64,000 bases of DNA, from NCBI GenBank assembly GCA_051362555.1, contig CM120644.1, positions 25,600,213 to 25,664,212 of the forward strand. Reading direction: 5' to 3'. The DNA comes from Lingula anatina. Lineage: Eukaryota; Animalia; Brachiopoda. The stretch's first letter is position 1. Each line of letters begins with the position of its first letter. Positions 1 through 14,500 of this stretch are shown piece after piece. The notes under the pieces are model-generated. The model worked only from the letters and a program-made list of their open reading frames with translations, was not told where the DNA came from and ran no database searches. A program made the position numbers and the translations under genes.

Positions 1-561
1 TAGCACCACTTCTTATCATCTGATATCCTAGTTACTAGCACCACTTCTTATCATCTGATATCCTAGTTACTAGCACCACTTCTTATCATCTGATATCCTA
101 GTTACCAGCACCACTTCTTATCATCTGGCATTCTAGTTACCAGCACCACTTCTTATCATCTGACATCCTAGTTACTAGCACCACTTCTTATCCTCTGATA
201 TCCTAGTTACAAGCACCACTTCTTATCATCTGACATCCTAGTTACCAGCACCACTTCTTATCATCTGACATCCTAGTTACCAGCACCACTTCTTATCATC
301 TGATATCCTAGTTACCAGCACCACTTCTTATCATCTGATATCCTAGTTACTAGCACCACTTCTTATCATCTGACATCCTAGTTACTAGCACCACTTCTTA
401 TCATCTGACATCCTAGTTACTAGCACCACTTCTTATCATCTGACATCCTAGTTACCAGCACCACTTCTTATCATCTGACATCTTAGTTACTAGCACCACT
501 TATCATCTGATATCCTAGTTACTAGCACCACTTCTTATCATTTGACCTCCTAGTTACCAGC
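1..561. repeat. 35-bp minisatellite, about 16 copies, running off the window start
   Basis: Unit TAGCACCACTTCTTATCATCTGA(T/C)ATCCTAGTTAC is repeated head to tail. Confidence 0.95.
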
Positions 562-794
562 ACACTGTTACTGATGGCAAATGTGCATTGATTACAAAAT
601 GTGGTCTGCCTAAATTGCACAATACTGCACAAAACAAGTCCAGTTGCAATTAAACAAATGAAACGTATGGTCATTCCCAACAAAATTAGTTGCTATAAAA
701 GTGAAATTAATCTCGTTGATATATATCTCAACAAATCAGCAATACTTGTAAAGCTTTCGGTTAGCTGCCATGTTGGCGAGTGGCTCTTCTTGGC

Positions 795-1386
795 AATAAT
801 GTATTGTGTAATTTAGGCACAGCCAGTCATGTGTGGGAGGCCTGGTTAAGGCTGCTGTGAGGTTTGACTGTTCCATCACCATTATCAAGAATATATGGAT
901 CTGTTTATATATAATAATGTATTGTGTAATTTAGGCACAGCCAGTCATGTGTGGGAGGCCTGGTTAAGGCTGCTGTGAGGTTTGACTGTTCCATCACCAT
1001 TATCAAGAATATATGGATCTGTTTATATATAATAATGTATTGTGTAATTTAGGCACAGCCAGTCATAAGCGGGAGGCCTGGTTAAGGCTGCTGTGAGGTT
1101 TGACTGTTCCATCACCATTATCAAGAATATATGGATCTGTTTATATATAATAATGTATTGTGTAATTTAGGCACAGCCAGTCATAAGCGGGAGGCCTGGT
1201 TAAGGCTGCTGTGAGGTTTGACTGTTCCATCACCATTATCAAGAATATATGGATCTGTTTATATATAATAATGTATTGTGTAATTTATGCACAGCCAGTC
1301 ATAAGTGGGAGGCATGGTTAAGGCTGCTTTGAGATATGATAGTTCCATCACCATTATCAAGAATATTTGGATCTGTTTATATATAA
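795..1386. repeat. 118-bp tandem repeat, 5 copies
   Basis: AATAATGTATTGTGTAATTTAGGCACAGCC recurs at 795, 913, 1031, 1149 and 1267. Confidence 0.95.
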
Positions 1387-1575
1387 TTCACATGGCATCC
1401 ACTTTTAAATGTGGCGATGGTAAATTTTTGTAACATTCACAGCTCATTAGGTCATGTTTATGGAGTTGGTTGGATGGTAATCAATATTTCTAGCCTTCAG
1501 ATTATAATTTTTTTCCATGACACTTAAAAACTTTTATCGACCATAACCTTTCACTAATTCACTGATGAAGAATGA

Positions 1576-2378
1576 TAATGATGTAATACCAGTACAGTGT
1601 TCCAGTAGCAGCGTAGTACTTTATAATGATGTAATACCTGTACATTGTACCAGTAGCAGTGTAGTACTTTATAATGATGTAATACCAGAACATTGTACCA
1701 GTAGCAGTGTAGTACTTTATAATGATGTAATACCAGTACATTGTACCAGTAGCAGTGTAGTACTTTATAATGATGTAATACCAGTACATTGTACCAGTAG
1801 CAGCGTAGTACTTTATAATGATGTAATACCAGTACATTGTACCAGTAGCAGCGTAGTACTTTATAATGATGTAATACCAGTACATTGTACCAGTAGCAGC
1901 GTAGTACTTTATAATGATGTAATACCAGTACATTGTACCAGTAGCAGCGTAGTACTTTATAATGATGTAGTACCAGTACATTGTACCAGTAGCAGCGTAG
2001 TACTTTATAATGATGTAATACCAGTACATTGTACCAGTAGCAGCGTAGTACTTTATAATGATGTAATACCAGTACATTGTACCAGTAGCAGCGTAGTACT
2101 TTATAATGATGTAGTACCAGTACATTGTACCAGTAGCAGCGTAGTACTTTATAATGATGTAATACCAGTACATTGTACCAGTAGCAGCGTAGTACTTTAT
2201 AATGATGTAATACCAGTACATTGTACCAGTAGCAGCGTAGTACTTTATAATGATGTAATACCAGAACATTGTACCAGTAGCAGCGTAGTACTTTATAATG
2301 ATGTAATACCAGTACATTGTACCAGTAGCAGCGTAGTACTTTATAATGATGTAATACCAGAACATTGTACCAGTAGCA
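1576..2378. repeat. 51-bp minisatellite, about 16 copies, ending about 20 bp before the first coding-exon acceptor of the CPVL-like gene
   Basis: Unit is ATAATGATGTAATACCAGTACATTGTACCAGTAGCAGCGTAGTACTTT plus a short linker; it explains the repetitive ORFs 1559-2365 and 1565-2470. Confidence 0.95.
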
Positions 2379-2399
2379 AGGGAATTTTTTTTTCTTCAG

Positions 2400-2589
2400 A
2401 TGAGATCCACATTCTTTGTCCTGTTGCTGATGGCAATGATAGGACTACTTGGACAGTTTACGGAGGGTAGACGTGGTCCTTTGGCTGCCATATTTGATAA
2501 GAAGATTCCTCCCATGAACAACACTGGGGTGGATCCTGGGCAACCTCTCTTCCTGACCCCCCTCATAGAGAAAGGCCAGATAGCACAAG
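2400..2589 (+). CDS. CPVL: CPVL-like coding exon 1 (signal peptide, propeptide)
   Basis: tttttttcttcag|ATG; encodes [23 protein letters not shown]...[15 protein letters not shown]; donor AAG|gtaggt. The acceptor directly before the ATG implies an upstream UTR exon. Confidence 0.88.
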
Positions 2590-5500
2590 GTAGGTATAGG
2601 ACAAACTCTCTTCTGACATCTCTTATAGAGAAAGGACAGATAGCACAAGGTAGGTATAGGACAAACTCTCTTCCTGACCCCCCTCATAGAGAAAGGCCAG
2701 ATAGCACAATGTAGGTATAGGACAAACTCTCTTCCTGACATCTCTCATAGAGAAAGGACAGATAGCACAAGGTAGGTATAGGACAAACTCTCTTCCTGAC
2801 ATCTCTTATAGAGAAAGGACAGATAGCACAAGGTAGGTATAGGACAAACTCTCTTCCTGACATCTCTCATAGAGAAAGAACAGATAGCACAAGGTAGGTA
2901 TAGGACAAACTCTCTTCTGACATCTCTCATAGAGAAAGGACAGATAGCACAAGGTAGGTATAGGACAAACTCTCTTCCTGACATCTCTCATAGAGAAAGG
3001 CCAGATAGCACAAGGTAGGTATAGGACAAACTCTCTTCTGACATCTCTCATAAAGAAAGGACAGATAGCACAAGGTAGGTATAGGACAAACTCTCTTCCT
3101 GACATCTCTCATAGAGAAAGGACAGATAGCACAAGGTAGGTATAGGACAAACTCTCTTCCTGACATCTGTCACAGAGAAAGGACAGATAGCACAAGGTAG
3201 ATATAGGACAAACTCTCTTCTGACATCTCTCATAGAGAAAGGACAGATAGCACAAGGTAGGTATAGGACAAACTCTCTTCCTGACATCTGTCATAGAGAA
3301 AGGACAGCACAAGGTAGGTATAGGACAAACTCTCTTCTGACATCTCTCATAAAGAAAGGACAGATAGCACAAGGTAGGTATAGGACAAACTCTCTTCCTG
3401 ACATCTCTCATAGAGAAAGGACAGATAGCACAAGGTAGGTATAGGACAAACTCTCTTCCTGACATCTCTCATAGAGAAAGGACAGATAGCACAAGGTAGG
3501 TATAGGACAAACTCTCTTCCTGACATCTCTCATAGAGAAAGGACAGATAGCACAAGGTAGGTATAGGACAAACTCTCTTCCTGACATCTCTCATAGAGAA
3601 AGGACAGATAGCACAAGGTAGGTATAGGACAAACTCTCTTCCTGACATCTCTCATAGAGAAAGGACAGATAGCACAAGGTAGCCTGGTTTGTGCAGATAT
3701 GAACTTATTTTGAACATATAACTTTCAGCTGTCAAATTAGTATGTTTCATTTGTCATTTTCTTGTCTTTAGCACGTGCAGCCAGTGCAGTGGGTCCATTA
3801 GAAGGAACTTCAGTGATGAGTTTTTCTGGATTTCTTACTGTTAACAAGACTTACAACAGCAATATGTTCTTCTGGTTCTTCCCAGCTCAGGTGTGTTATC
3901 TACCAAATGTCATACCTAACACACTGTCACACCTAACACACTGTCACACCCAACACACTGTCACACCTAATACACTATCACACCTAACACACTGTCACAC
4001 CTAACACACTCACATCCAACACACTGTCACACCTAATACACTATCACACCTAACACACTGTCACACCTAACACACTGTCACACCTAACACACTCACATCC
4101 AACACACTGTCACATCCGACACACTGTCACATGTAATACACTGTCACACCTAACACATTGTAACATCTAACACACCGTCACATCTAACACACCGTCATAC
4201 CTAACACACTGTCACACCTAACACACTGTCACACCTAACACACTCACATCCAACACACTGTCACATCCGACACACTGTCACATGTAATACACTGTCACAC
4301 CCAACACGCTTTCACAACTTTCACACTGTCACATCTAACACACTGTCACACCCAACACGCTGTCACAACTTTCACACTGTCACATGTAATACACTGTCAC
4401 ACCCAACACGCTTTCACAACTTTCACACTGTCACATCTAACACACAGTCACACCCAACACGCAGTCACATCCAACACACTGTCACACCCAACACCCTGTC
4501 ACAACTTTCACACTGTCACATCTAACACACTGTCACATCCAACACACTGTCACATCTAACACACTGTCACATCCAACACACTGTCACATGTAATACACTG
4601 TCACATCTAACACATTGTCACACCCAACACACTGTCACATCCAACACACTGTCACATCTAACACACTGTCACATCCAACACACTGTCACATGTAACACAC
4701 TGTCACATCCAACACATTGTCACACCCAACACACTGTCACACCCAACACACTGTCACAACAAACACACTGTCTTATCCAACACACTGTCACACCCAACAC
4801 ACTGTCACATCCAACACACTGTCACATCCAACACACTGTCACAACAAACACACTGTCACAGCTAACACGCTGTCACATCTAACACTGTCAAAGCAACCAA
4901 TACACCGTCACAACATCCATATGTCACTGCTATCATACTTCTACACCAACTTAATGTTACACAAATTTTATGTCACACACACACATCTAGCAGTTTAACC
5001 TCAGAGCCATTAAATGGCGCGTATATGGGGGGGGGGGTTAACCAGCAGATTAGTTGGCTCTTCCTTCATGTAGGGTCCACCATATTTGATCTGTGGATCA
5101 ATAGGTCCTTGGATCTTGTTTTCTGAATGGCCTCTTAGAATTCACATAACTGCCTCATTTGTACATCTATCACACTGTCACTTACAAGATTTGGCAAAGC
5201 TGTTTTTTTTTATATTCCAGAATGATGCCAGTAATGCACCAGTGTTGCTATGGTTACAAGGTGGCCCAGGAGGGACATCTTTGTTTGGGTTGTTTAATGA
5301 ACATGGCCCGTTTTATTTGACAGCTGATCTCAAATGTGAGTACTGAACATCGTTGAAAATTATTTTATACACATAGAAAATAATTACCACTAAAGGTGCA
5401 TTTTAAAGCTTTCCAAGCCAGGATGTTCTTGACAAAAATAAATTTTCTTAGGTAAATGCTGCTTGTCCAGACTAACCAACCTCTAATCATCCTTTACTTA

Positions 5501-8500
5501 CCATCACTTTGTAACATTTTTGGAAAAAGCAAAAGATGAAAACCAGCACTTGCGCATCGGTTTTTCAGTTACCCAGATACCCTCTTCATGTCACTGATGT
5601 TCTTGATATTGTGAGATTCTTGTGATGTGACCTGCATTATTTTCAAACTCAAGATGGCAAACTACTGAGGATGATAAGGGGAGGGTGATTTTTTTTATTT
5701 TTTTTTTGTTTGTTTGTTTGTTTTTTTTTTATTTTTATTTATTTTTATTTTTGTTTTTGTTTTTTTTGCAAAACATAAATCTGTCAATTTTTTTTTTAGT
5801 TTTAATTGCCCTCAGGTAAGTTCAACAAAAAGCAATTCATGCCCTTATATTGTTTTCAAAATTCTGGCTTGGATGTCTCTGAGAGAGAACTTCTGTTTAA
5901 TCATTGACACAAAGCCTGACCAAATGGCACCATAAAGAGGCAAATGGTAGAACATAGAGCAACACCACAGATTTCTGTTACGTATTTCCCACAAGACAGT
6001 TTACACAGATATTTTCTGCTGACTTACTCTTCCTTAATGACTGGAAACACAAAAGTGCCATAAATATAAATATATAAATATAAATATATATAAATATATA
6101 AATATATAAATATAAATATATAAGTTGGTTTTCTTGACTTATGGATTTTATTTGTGTGGTCTAGAAGCTAGAACTACATATTGAATTATATATTTTATTC
6201 AGTTCATGTGCATTTTAAATTGATTTACATATTTGAGTACCATCAGGGTTAACTGAAATTCATTGATCTTTGTAGTGAATCCAAGAAAATTTACCTGGAC
6301 TTCTAAGTTCTCCATGCTGTACATAGACAACCCAGTAAGTAGAGATCATATAATGCTGCTCACTCTGTCATAAACATAGGTAGGTAATCAACTAGTCTTG
6401 ATATTTGTGATATGTTGTGTTCTAGGTGGGATGTTAAAGAGATAGGTAGATAATCAACTAGTCTTGATATTTGTGATATGTTGTGTTCTAGGTGGGGTGT
6501 TGGAGAGATAGGTAGATAATCAACTAGTTTTGATATTTCTGATATGTTGTGTTCTAGATAGGATGTTAAAGAGATAGGTAGATAATCAACTAGTCTTGAT
6601 ATTTGTGATATGTTGTGTTCTAGGTGGGATGTTAAAGAGATAGGTAGATAATCAGCTAGTCTTGATATCTCTGATATGTTGTGTTCTAGGTGGGATGTTA
6701 AAGAGATAGGTAGATAATCAACTAGTCTTGATATTTGTGATATGTTGTGTTCTAGGTGGGATGTTAAAGAGATAGGTAGATAATCAACTAGTCTTGATAT
6801 TTGTGATATGTTGTGTTCTAGGTGGGATGTTAAAGAGATAGGTAGATAATCAACTAGTCTTGATATTTGTGATATGTTGTGTTCTAGGTGGGATGTTAAA
6901 GAGATAGGTAGATAATCAACTAGTCTTGATATTTGTGATATGTTGTGTTCTAGGTGGGATGTTAAAGAGATAGGTAGATAATCAACTAGTCTTGATATTT
7001 GTGATATGTTGTGTTCTAGGTGGGATGTTAAAGAGATAGGTAGATAATCAACTAGTCTTGATATTTGTGATATGTTGTGTTCTAGGTGGGGTGTTAGAGA
7101 GATAGGTAGATAATCAACTAGTTTTGATATTTCTGATATGTTGTGTTCTAGATAGGATGTTAAAGAGATAGGTAGATAATCAACTAGTCTTGATATTTGT
7201 GATATGTTGTGTTCTAGGTGGGGTGTTAGAGAGATAGGAAAATAATCAACTAGTTTTGATATTTCTGATATGTTGTGTTCTAGATAGGATGTTAAAGAGA
7301 TAGGTAGATAATCAACTAGTCTTGATATTTGTGATATGTTGTGTTCTAGGTGGGATGTTAAAGAGATAGGTAGATAATCAACTAGTCTTGATATTTCTGA
7401 TATGTTGTGTTCTAGGTGGGATGTTAAAGAGATAGGTAGATAATCAACTAGTCTTGATATTTGTGATATGTTGTGTTCTAGGTGGGATGTTAAAGAGATA
7501 GGTAGATAATCAACTAGTCTTGATATTTGTGATATGTTGTGTTCTAGGTGGGATGTTAAAGAGATAGGTAGATAATCAACTAGTCTTGATATTTGTGATA
7601 TGTTGTGTTCTAGGTGGGGTGTTAGAGAGATAGGTAGATAATCAACTAGTTTTGATATTTCTGATATGTTGTGTTCTAGATAGGATGTTAAAGAGATAGG
7701 TAGATAATCAACTAGTACTGATATTTCTGATATGTTGTGTTCGAGGTGGGATGTTAAAGAGATACGTAGATAATCAACTAGTCTTGATATTTGTGATATG
7801 TTGTGTTCTAGGTGGGGTGTTAGAGAGATAGGTAGATAATCAACTAGTTTTGATATTTCTGATATGTTGTGTTCTAGATAGGATGTTAAAGAGATAGGTA
7901 GATAATCAACTAGTCTTGATATTTGTGATATGTTGTGTTCTAGGTGGGGTGTTAGAGAGATAGGTAGATAATCAACTAGTTTTGATATTTCTGATATGTT
8001 GTGTTCTAGATAGGATGTTAAAGAGATAGGTAGATAATCAACTAGTCTTGATATTTGTGATATGTTGTGTTCTAGGTGGGATGTTAAAGAGATAGGTAGA
8101 TAATCAACTAGTCTTGATATTTCTGATATGTTGTGTTCTAGGTGGGATGTTAAAGAGATAGGTAGATAATCAACTAGTCTTGATATTTGTGATATGTTGT
8201 GTTCTAGATAGGATGTTAAAGAGATAGGTAGATAATCAACTAGTCTTGATATTTGTGATATGTTGTGTTCTAGGTGGGGTGTTAGAGAGATAGGTAGATA
8301 ATCAACTAGTTTTGATATTTCTGATATGTTGTGTTCTAGATAGGATGTTAAAGAGATAGGTAGATAATCAACTAGTCTTGATATTTGTGATATGTTGTGT
8401 TCTAGGTGGGATGTTAAAGAGATAGGTAGATAATCAACTAGTCTTGATATTTCTGATATGTTGTGTTCTAGGTGGGATGTTAAAGAGATAGGTAGATAAT

Positions 8501-11500
8501 CAACTAGTCTTGATATTTGTGATATGTTGTGTTCTAGGTGGGATGTTAAAGAGATAGGTAGATAATCAACTAGTACTGATATTTGTGATATGTTGTGTTC
8601 TAGGTGGGATGTTAAAGAGATAGGTAGATAATCAACTAGTCTTGATATTTGTGATATGTTGTGTTCTAGGTGGGGTGTTAGAGAGATAGGTAGATAATCA
8701 ACTAGTCTTGATATTTGTGATATGTTGTGTTCTAGGTGGGATGTTAAAGAGATAGGTAGATAATCAACTAGTACTGATATTTCTGATATGTTGTGTTCGA
8801 GGTGGGATGTTAAAGAGATACGTAGATAATCAACTAGTCTTGATATTTCTGATATGTTGTGTTCTAGGTAGGATGTTAAAGAGATAGGTAGATAATCAAC
8901 TAGTTTTGATATTTCTGATATGTTGTGTTCTAGGTAAGATGTTAAAGAGATAGGTAGATAATCAACTAGTTTTGATATTTCTGATATGTTGTGTTCTAGA
9001 TAGGATGTTAAAGAGATAGGTAGATAATCAACTAGTCTTGATATTTCTGATATGTTGTGTTCTAGGTGGGGTGTTAGAGAGATAGGTAGATAATCAACTA
9101 GTTTTGATATTTCTGATATGTTGTGTTCTAGATAGGATGTTAAAGAGATAGGTAGATAATCAACTAGTACTGATATTTCTGATATGTTGTGTTCGAGGTG
9201 GGATGTTAAAGAGATACGTAGATAATCAACTAGTCTTGATATTTCTGATATGTTGTGTTCTAGGTAGGATGTTAAAGAGATAGGTAGATAATCAACTAGT
9301 TTTGATATTTCTGATATGTTGTGTTCTAGGTAAGATGTTAAAGAGATAGGTAGATAATCAACTAGTTTTGATATTTCTGATATGTTGTGTTCTAGATAGG
9401 ATGTTAAAGAGATAGGTAGATAATCAACTAGTCTTGATATTTCTGATATGTTGTGTTCTAGGTGGGGTGTTAGAGAGATAGGTAGATAATCAACTAGTCT
9501 TGATATTTCTGATATGTTGTGTTCTAGGTGGGATGTTAAAGAGATAGGTAGATAATCAACTAGTCTTGATATTTCTGATATGTTGTGTTCTAGGTGGGAT
9601 GTTAAAGAGATAGGTAGATAATCAACTAGTCTTGATATTTCTGATATGTTGTGTTCTAGGTGGGATGTTAAAGAGATAGGTAGATAATCAACTAGTCTTG
9701 ATATTTCTGATATGTTGTGTTCTAGGTGGGATGTTAAAGAGATAGGTAGATAATCAACTAGTCTTGATATCTCTGATATGTTGTGTTCTAGGTGGGATGT
9801 TAAAGAGATAGGTAGGTAATCAACTAGTCTTGATATTTCTGATATGTTGTGTTCTAGGTGGGATGTTAAAGAGATAGGTAGGTAATCAGCTAGTCTTGAT
9901 ATCTCTGATATGTTGTGTTCTAGGTGGGATGTTAAAGAGATAGGTAGATAATCAACTAGTCTTGATATCTCTGATATGTTGTGTTCTAGGTGGGATGTTA
10001 AAGAGATAGGTAGGTAATCAGCTAGTCTTGATATCTCTGATATGTTGTGTTCTAGGTGGGATGTTAAAGAGATAGGTAGATAATCAGCTAGTCCTGATAT
10101 CTCTGATATGCTGTGTTCTAGGTGGGATGTTAAAGAGATAGGTAGATAATCAGCTAGTCCTGATATTTCTGATATGTTGTGAGAGAACAGTTTCATTAGC
10201 TCTGTATGTATAAATTCAAATTACTGTTTTTCTTTTTATCAAGAGCTTGTAAAATATGTGGGTATTACCTCCAATATTTCTGTGACTGTCAGTCACCATC
10301 ATCAGGGAGTAAATGACTAGGGTCATTTCACCTGGAATGAAAATCCAGGTCAATTGCCCCTAATTGGAGGTAATACCCACATATTTTACAAGCTCTTGAT
10401 AAAAAGAAAAACAGTAATTTGAACTGATATGTTGTGTTCTAGGTAGGATGTTAAAGAGATAGGTAGGTAATCAGCTAGTCTTGATATCTCTGATATGTTG
10501 TGTTCTAGGTGGGATGTTAAAGAGATAGGTAGATAATCAGCTAGTCCTGATATTTCTGATATGTTGTGTTCTAGGTAGGATGTTAAAGAGATAGGTAGGT
10601 AATCAGCTAGTCTTGATATCTCTGATATGTTGTGTTCTAGGTGGGATGTTAAAGAGATAGGTAGGTAATCAGCTAGTCCTTATATCTCTGATATGTTGTG
10701 TTCTAGGTGGGATGTTAAAGAGATAGGTAGATAATCAGCTAGTCCTGATATTTCTGATATGTTGTGTTCTAGGTAGGATGTTAAAGAGATAGGTAGATAA
10801 TCAACTAGTCTTGATATCTCTGATATGTTGTGTTCTAGGTGGGATGTTAAAGAGATAGGTAGGTAATCAACTAGTCTTGATATTTCTGATATGTTGTGTT
10901 CTAGGTGGGATGTTAAAGAGATAGGTAGGTAATCAGCTAGTCTTGATATCTCTGATATGTTGTGTTCTAGGTGGGATGTTAAAGAGATAGGTAGATAATC
11001 AGCTAGTCCTGATATCTCTGATATGCTGTGTTCTAGGTGGGATGTTAAAGAGATAGGTAGATAATCAGCTAGTCCTGATATTTCTGATATGTTGTGAGAG
11101 AACAGTTTCATTAGCTCTGTATGTATAAATTCAAATTACTGTTTTTCTTTTTATCAAGAGCTTGTAAAATATGTGGGTATTACCTCCAATATTTCTGTGA
11201 CTGTCAGTCACCATCATCAGGGAGTAAATGACTAGGGTCATTTCACCTGGAATGAAAATCCAGGTCAATTGCCCCTAATTGGAGGTAATACCCACATATT
11301 TTACAAGCTCTTGATAAAAAGAAAAACAGTAATTTGAACTGATATGTTGTGTTCTAGGTAGGATGTTAAAGAGATAGGTAGGTAATCAGCTAGTCTTGAT
11401 ATCTCTGATATGTTGTGTTCTAGGTGGGATGTTAAAGAGATAGGTAGGTAATCAGCTAGTCCTGATATTTCTGATATGTTGTGTTCTAGGTAGGATGTTA

Positions 11501-14500
11501 AAGAGATAGGTAGGTAATCAGCTAGTCTTGATATCTCTGATATGTTGTGTTCTAGGTGGGATGTTAAAGAGATAGGTAGGTAATCAGCTAGTCTTGATAT
11601 CTCTGATATGTTGTGTTCTAGGTGGGATGTTAAAGAGATAGGTAGATAATCAGCTAGTCCTGATATTTCTGATATGTTGTGTTCTAGGTAGGATGTTAAA
11701 GAGATAGGTAGGTAATCAGCTAGTCTTGATATCTCTGATATGTTGTGTTCTAGGTGGGATGTTAAAGAGATAGGTAGATAATCAACTAGTCTTGATATCT
11801 CTGATATGTTGTGTTCTAGGTGGGATGTTAAAGAGATAGGTAGGTAATCAACTAGTCTTGATATTTCTGATATGTTGTGTTCTAGGTGGGATGTTAAAGA
11901 GATAGGTAGGTAATCAGCTAGTCTTGATATCTCTGATATGTTGTGTTCTAGGTGGGATGTTAAAGAGATAGGTAGATAATCAGCTAGTCCTGATATCTCT
12001 GATATGCTGTGTTCTAGGTGGGATGTTAAAGAGATAGGTAGATAATCAACTAGTCTTGATATTTCTGATATGTTGTGTTCTAGGTGGGATGTTAAAGAGA
12101 TAGGTAGATAATCAACTAGTCTTGATATTTCTGATATGTTGTGTTCTAGGTGGGATGTTAAAGAGATAGGTAGATAATCAACTAGTCTTGATATTTCTGA
12201 TATGTTGTGTTCTAGGTGGGATGTTAAAGAGATAGGTAGATAATCAACTAGTCTTGATATCTCTGATATGTTGTGTTCTAGGTGGGATGTTAAAGAGATA
12301 GGTAGGTAATCAACTAGTCTTGATATTTCTGATATGTTGTGTTCTAGGTGGGATGTTAAAGAGATAGGTAGGTAATCAGCTAGTCTTGATATCTCTGATA
12401 TGTTGTGTTCTAGGTGGGATGTTAAAGAGATAGGTAGATAATCAACTAGTCTTGATATCTCTGATATGTTGTGTTCTAGGTGGGATGTTAAAGAGATAGG
12501 TAGGTAATCAGCTAGTCTTGATATCTCTGATATGTTGTGTTCTAGGTGGGATGTTAAAGAGATAGGTAGATAATCAGCTAGTCCTGATATCTCTGATATG
12601 CTGTGTTCTAGGTGGGATGTTAAAGAGATAGGTAGATAATCAGCTAGTCCTGATATTTCTGATATGTTGTGAGAGAACAGTTTCATTAGCTCTGTATGTA
12701 TAAATTCAAATTACTGTTTTTCTTTTTATCAAGAGCTTGTAAAATATGTGGGTATTACCTCCAATATTTCTGTGACTGTCAGTCACCATCATCAGGGAGT
12801 AAATGACTAGGGTCATTTCACCTGGAATGAAAATCCAGGTCAATTGCCCCTAATTGGAGGTAATACCCACATATTTTACAAGCTCTTGATAAAAAGAAAA
12901 ACAGTAATTTGAACTGATATGTTGTGTTCTAGGTAGGATGTTAAAGAGATAGGTAGGTAATCAGCTAGTCTTGATATCTCTGATATGTTGTGTTCTAGGT
13001 GGGATGTTAAAGAGATAGGTAGATAATCAGCTAGTCCTGATATTTCTGATATGTTGTGTTCTAGGTAGGATGTTAAAGAGATAGGTAGGTAATCAGCTAG
13101 TCTTGATATCTCTGATATGTTGTGTTCTAGGTGGGATGTTAAAGAGATAGGTAGGTAATCAGCTAGTCTTGATATCTCTGATATGTTGTGTTCTAGGTGG
13201 GATGTTAAAGAGATAGGTAGATAATCAGCTAGTCCTGATATTTCTGATATGTTGTGTTCTAGGTAGGATGTTAAAGAGATAGGTAGATAATCAACTAGTC
13301 TTGATATCTCTGATATGTTGTGTTCTAGGTGGGATGTTAAAGAGATAGGTAGGTAATCAACTAGTCTTGATATTTCTGATATGTTGTGTTCTAGGTGGGA
13401 TGTTAAAGAGATAGGTAGGTAATCAGCTAGTCTTGATATCTCTGATATGTTGTGTTCTAGGTGGGATGTTAAAGAGATAGGTAGATAATCAGCTAGTCCT
13501 GATATCTCTGATATGCTGTGTTCTAGGTGGGATGTTAAAGAGATAGGTAGATAATCAGCTAGTCCTGATATTTCTGATATGTTGTGAGAGAACAGTTTCA
13601 TTAGCTCTGTATGTATAAATTCAAATTACTGTTTTTCTTTTTATCAAGAGCTTGTAAAATATGTGGGTATTACCTCCAATATTTCTGTGACTGTCAGTCA
13701 CCATCATCAGGGAGTAAATGACTAGGGTCATTTCACCTGGAATGAAAATCCAGGTCAATTGCCCCTAATTGGAGGTAATACCCACATATTTTACAAGCTC
13801 TTGATAAAAAGAAAAACAGTAATTTGAACTGATATGTTGTGTTCTAGGTAGGATGTTAAAGAGATAGGTAGGTAATCAGCTAGTCTTGATATCTCTGATA
13901 TGTTGTGTTCTAGGTGGGATGTTAAAGAGATAGGTAGGTAATCAGCTAGTCCTGATATTTCTGATATGTTGTGTTCTAGGTAGGATGTTAAAGAGATAGG
14001 TAGGTAATCAGCTAGTCTTGATATCTCTGATATGTTGTGTTCTAGGTGGGATGTTAAAGAGATAGGTAGGTAATCAGCTAGTCTTGATATCTCTGATATG
14101 TTGTGTTCTAGGTGGGATGTTAAAGAGATAGGTAGATAATCAGCTAGTCCTGATATTTCTGATATGTTGTGTTCTAGGTAGGATGTTAAAGAGATAGGTA
14201 GGTAATCAGCTAGTCTTGATATCTCTGATATGTTGTGTTCTAGGTGGGATGTTAAAGAGATAGGTAGATAATCAACTAGTCTTGATATCTCTGATATGTT
14301 GTGTTCTAGGTGGGATGTTAAAGAGATAGGTAGGTAATCAACTAGTCTTGATATTTCTGATATGTTGTGTTCTAGGTGGGATGTTAAAGAGATAGGTAGG
14401 TAATCAGCTAGTCTTGATATCTCTGATATGTTGTGTTCTAGGTAGGATGTTAAAGAGATAGGTAGGTAATCAGCTAGTCTTGATATCTCTGATATGTTGT

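Noticed and set aside
1559-2470. Repetitive ORFs on both strands (268 and 301 aa)
   Set aside because: By-product of a 51-bp minisatellite.
6360-13601. Long minus-strand ORFs (1278, 143, 461 and 241 aa) with a 23-aa leucine-rich periodicity that resembles an LRR protein
   Set aside because: They are the stop-free antisense frame of a 69-bp (3n) satellite whose plus strand derives from the CPVL acceptor; there are no unique flanking domains.
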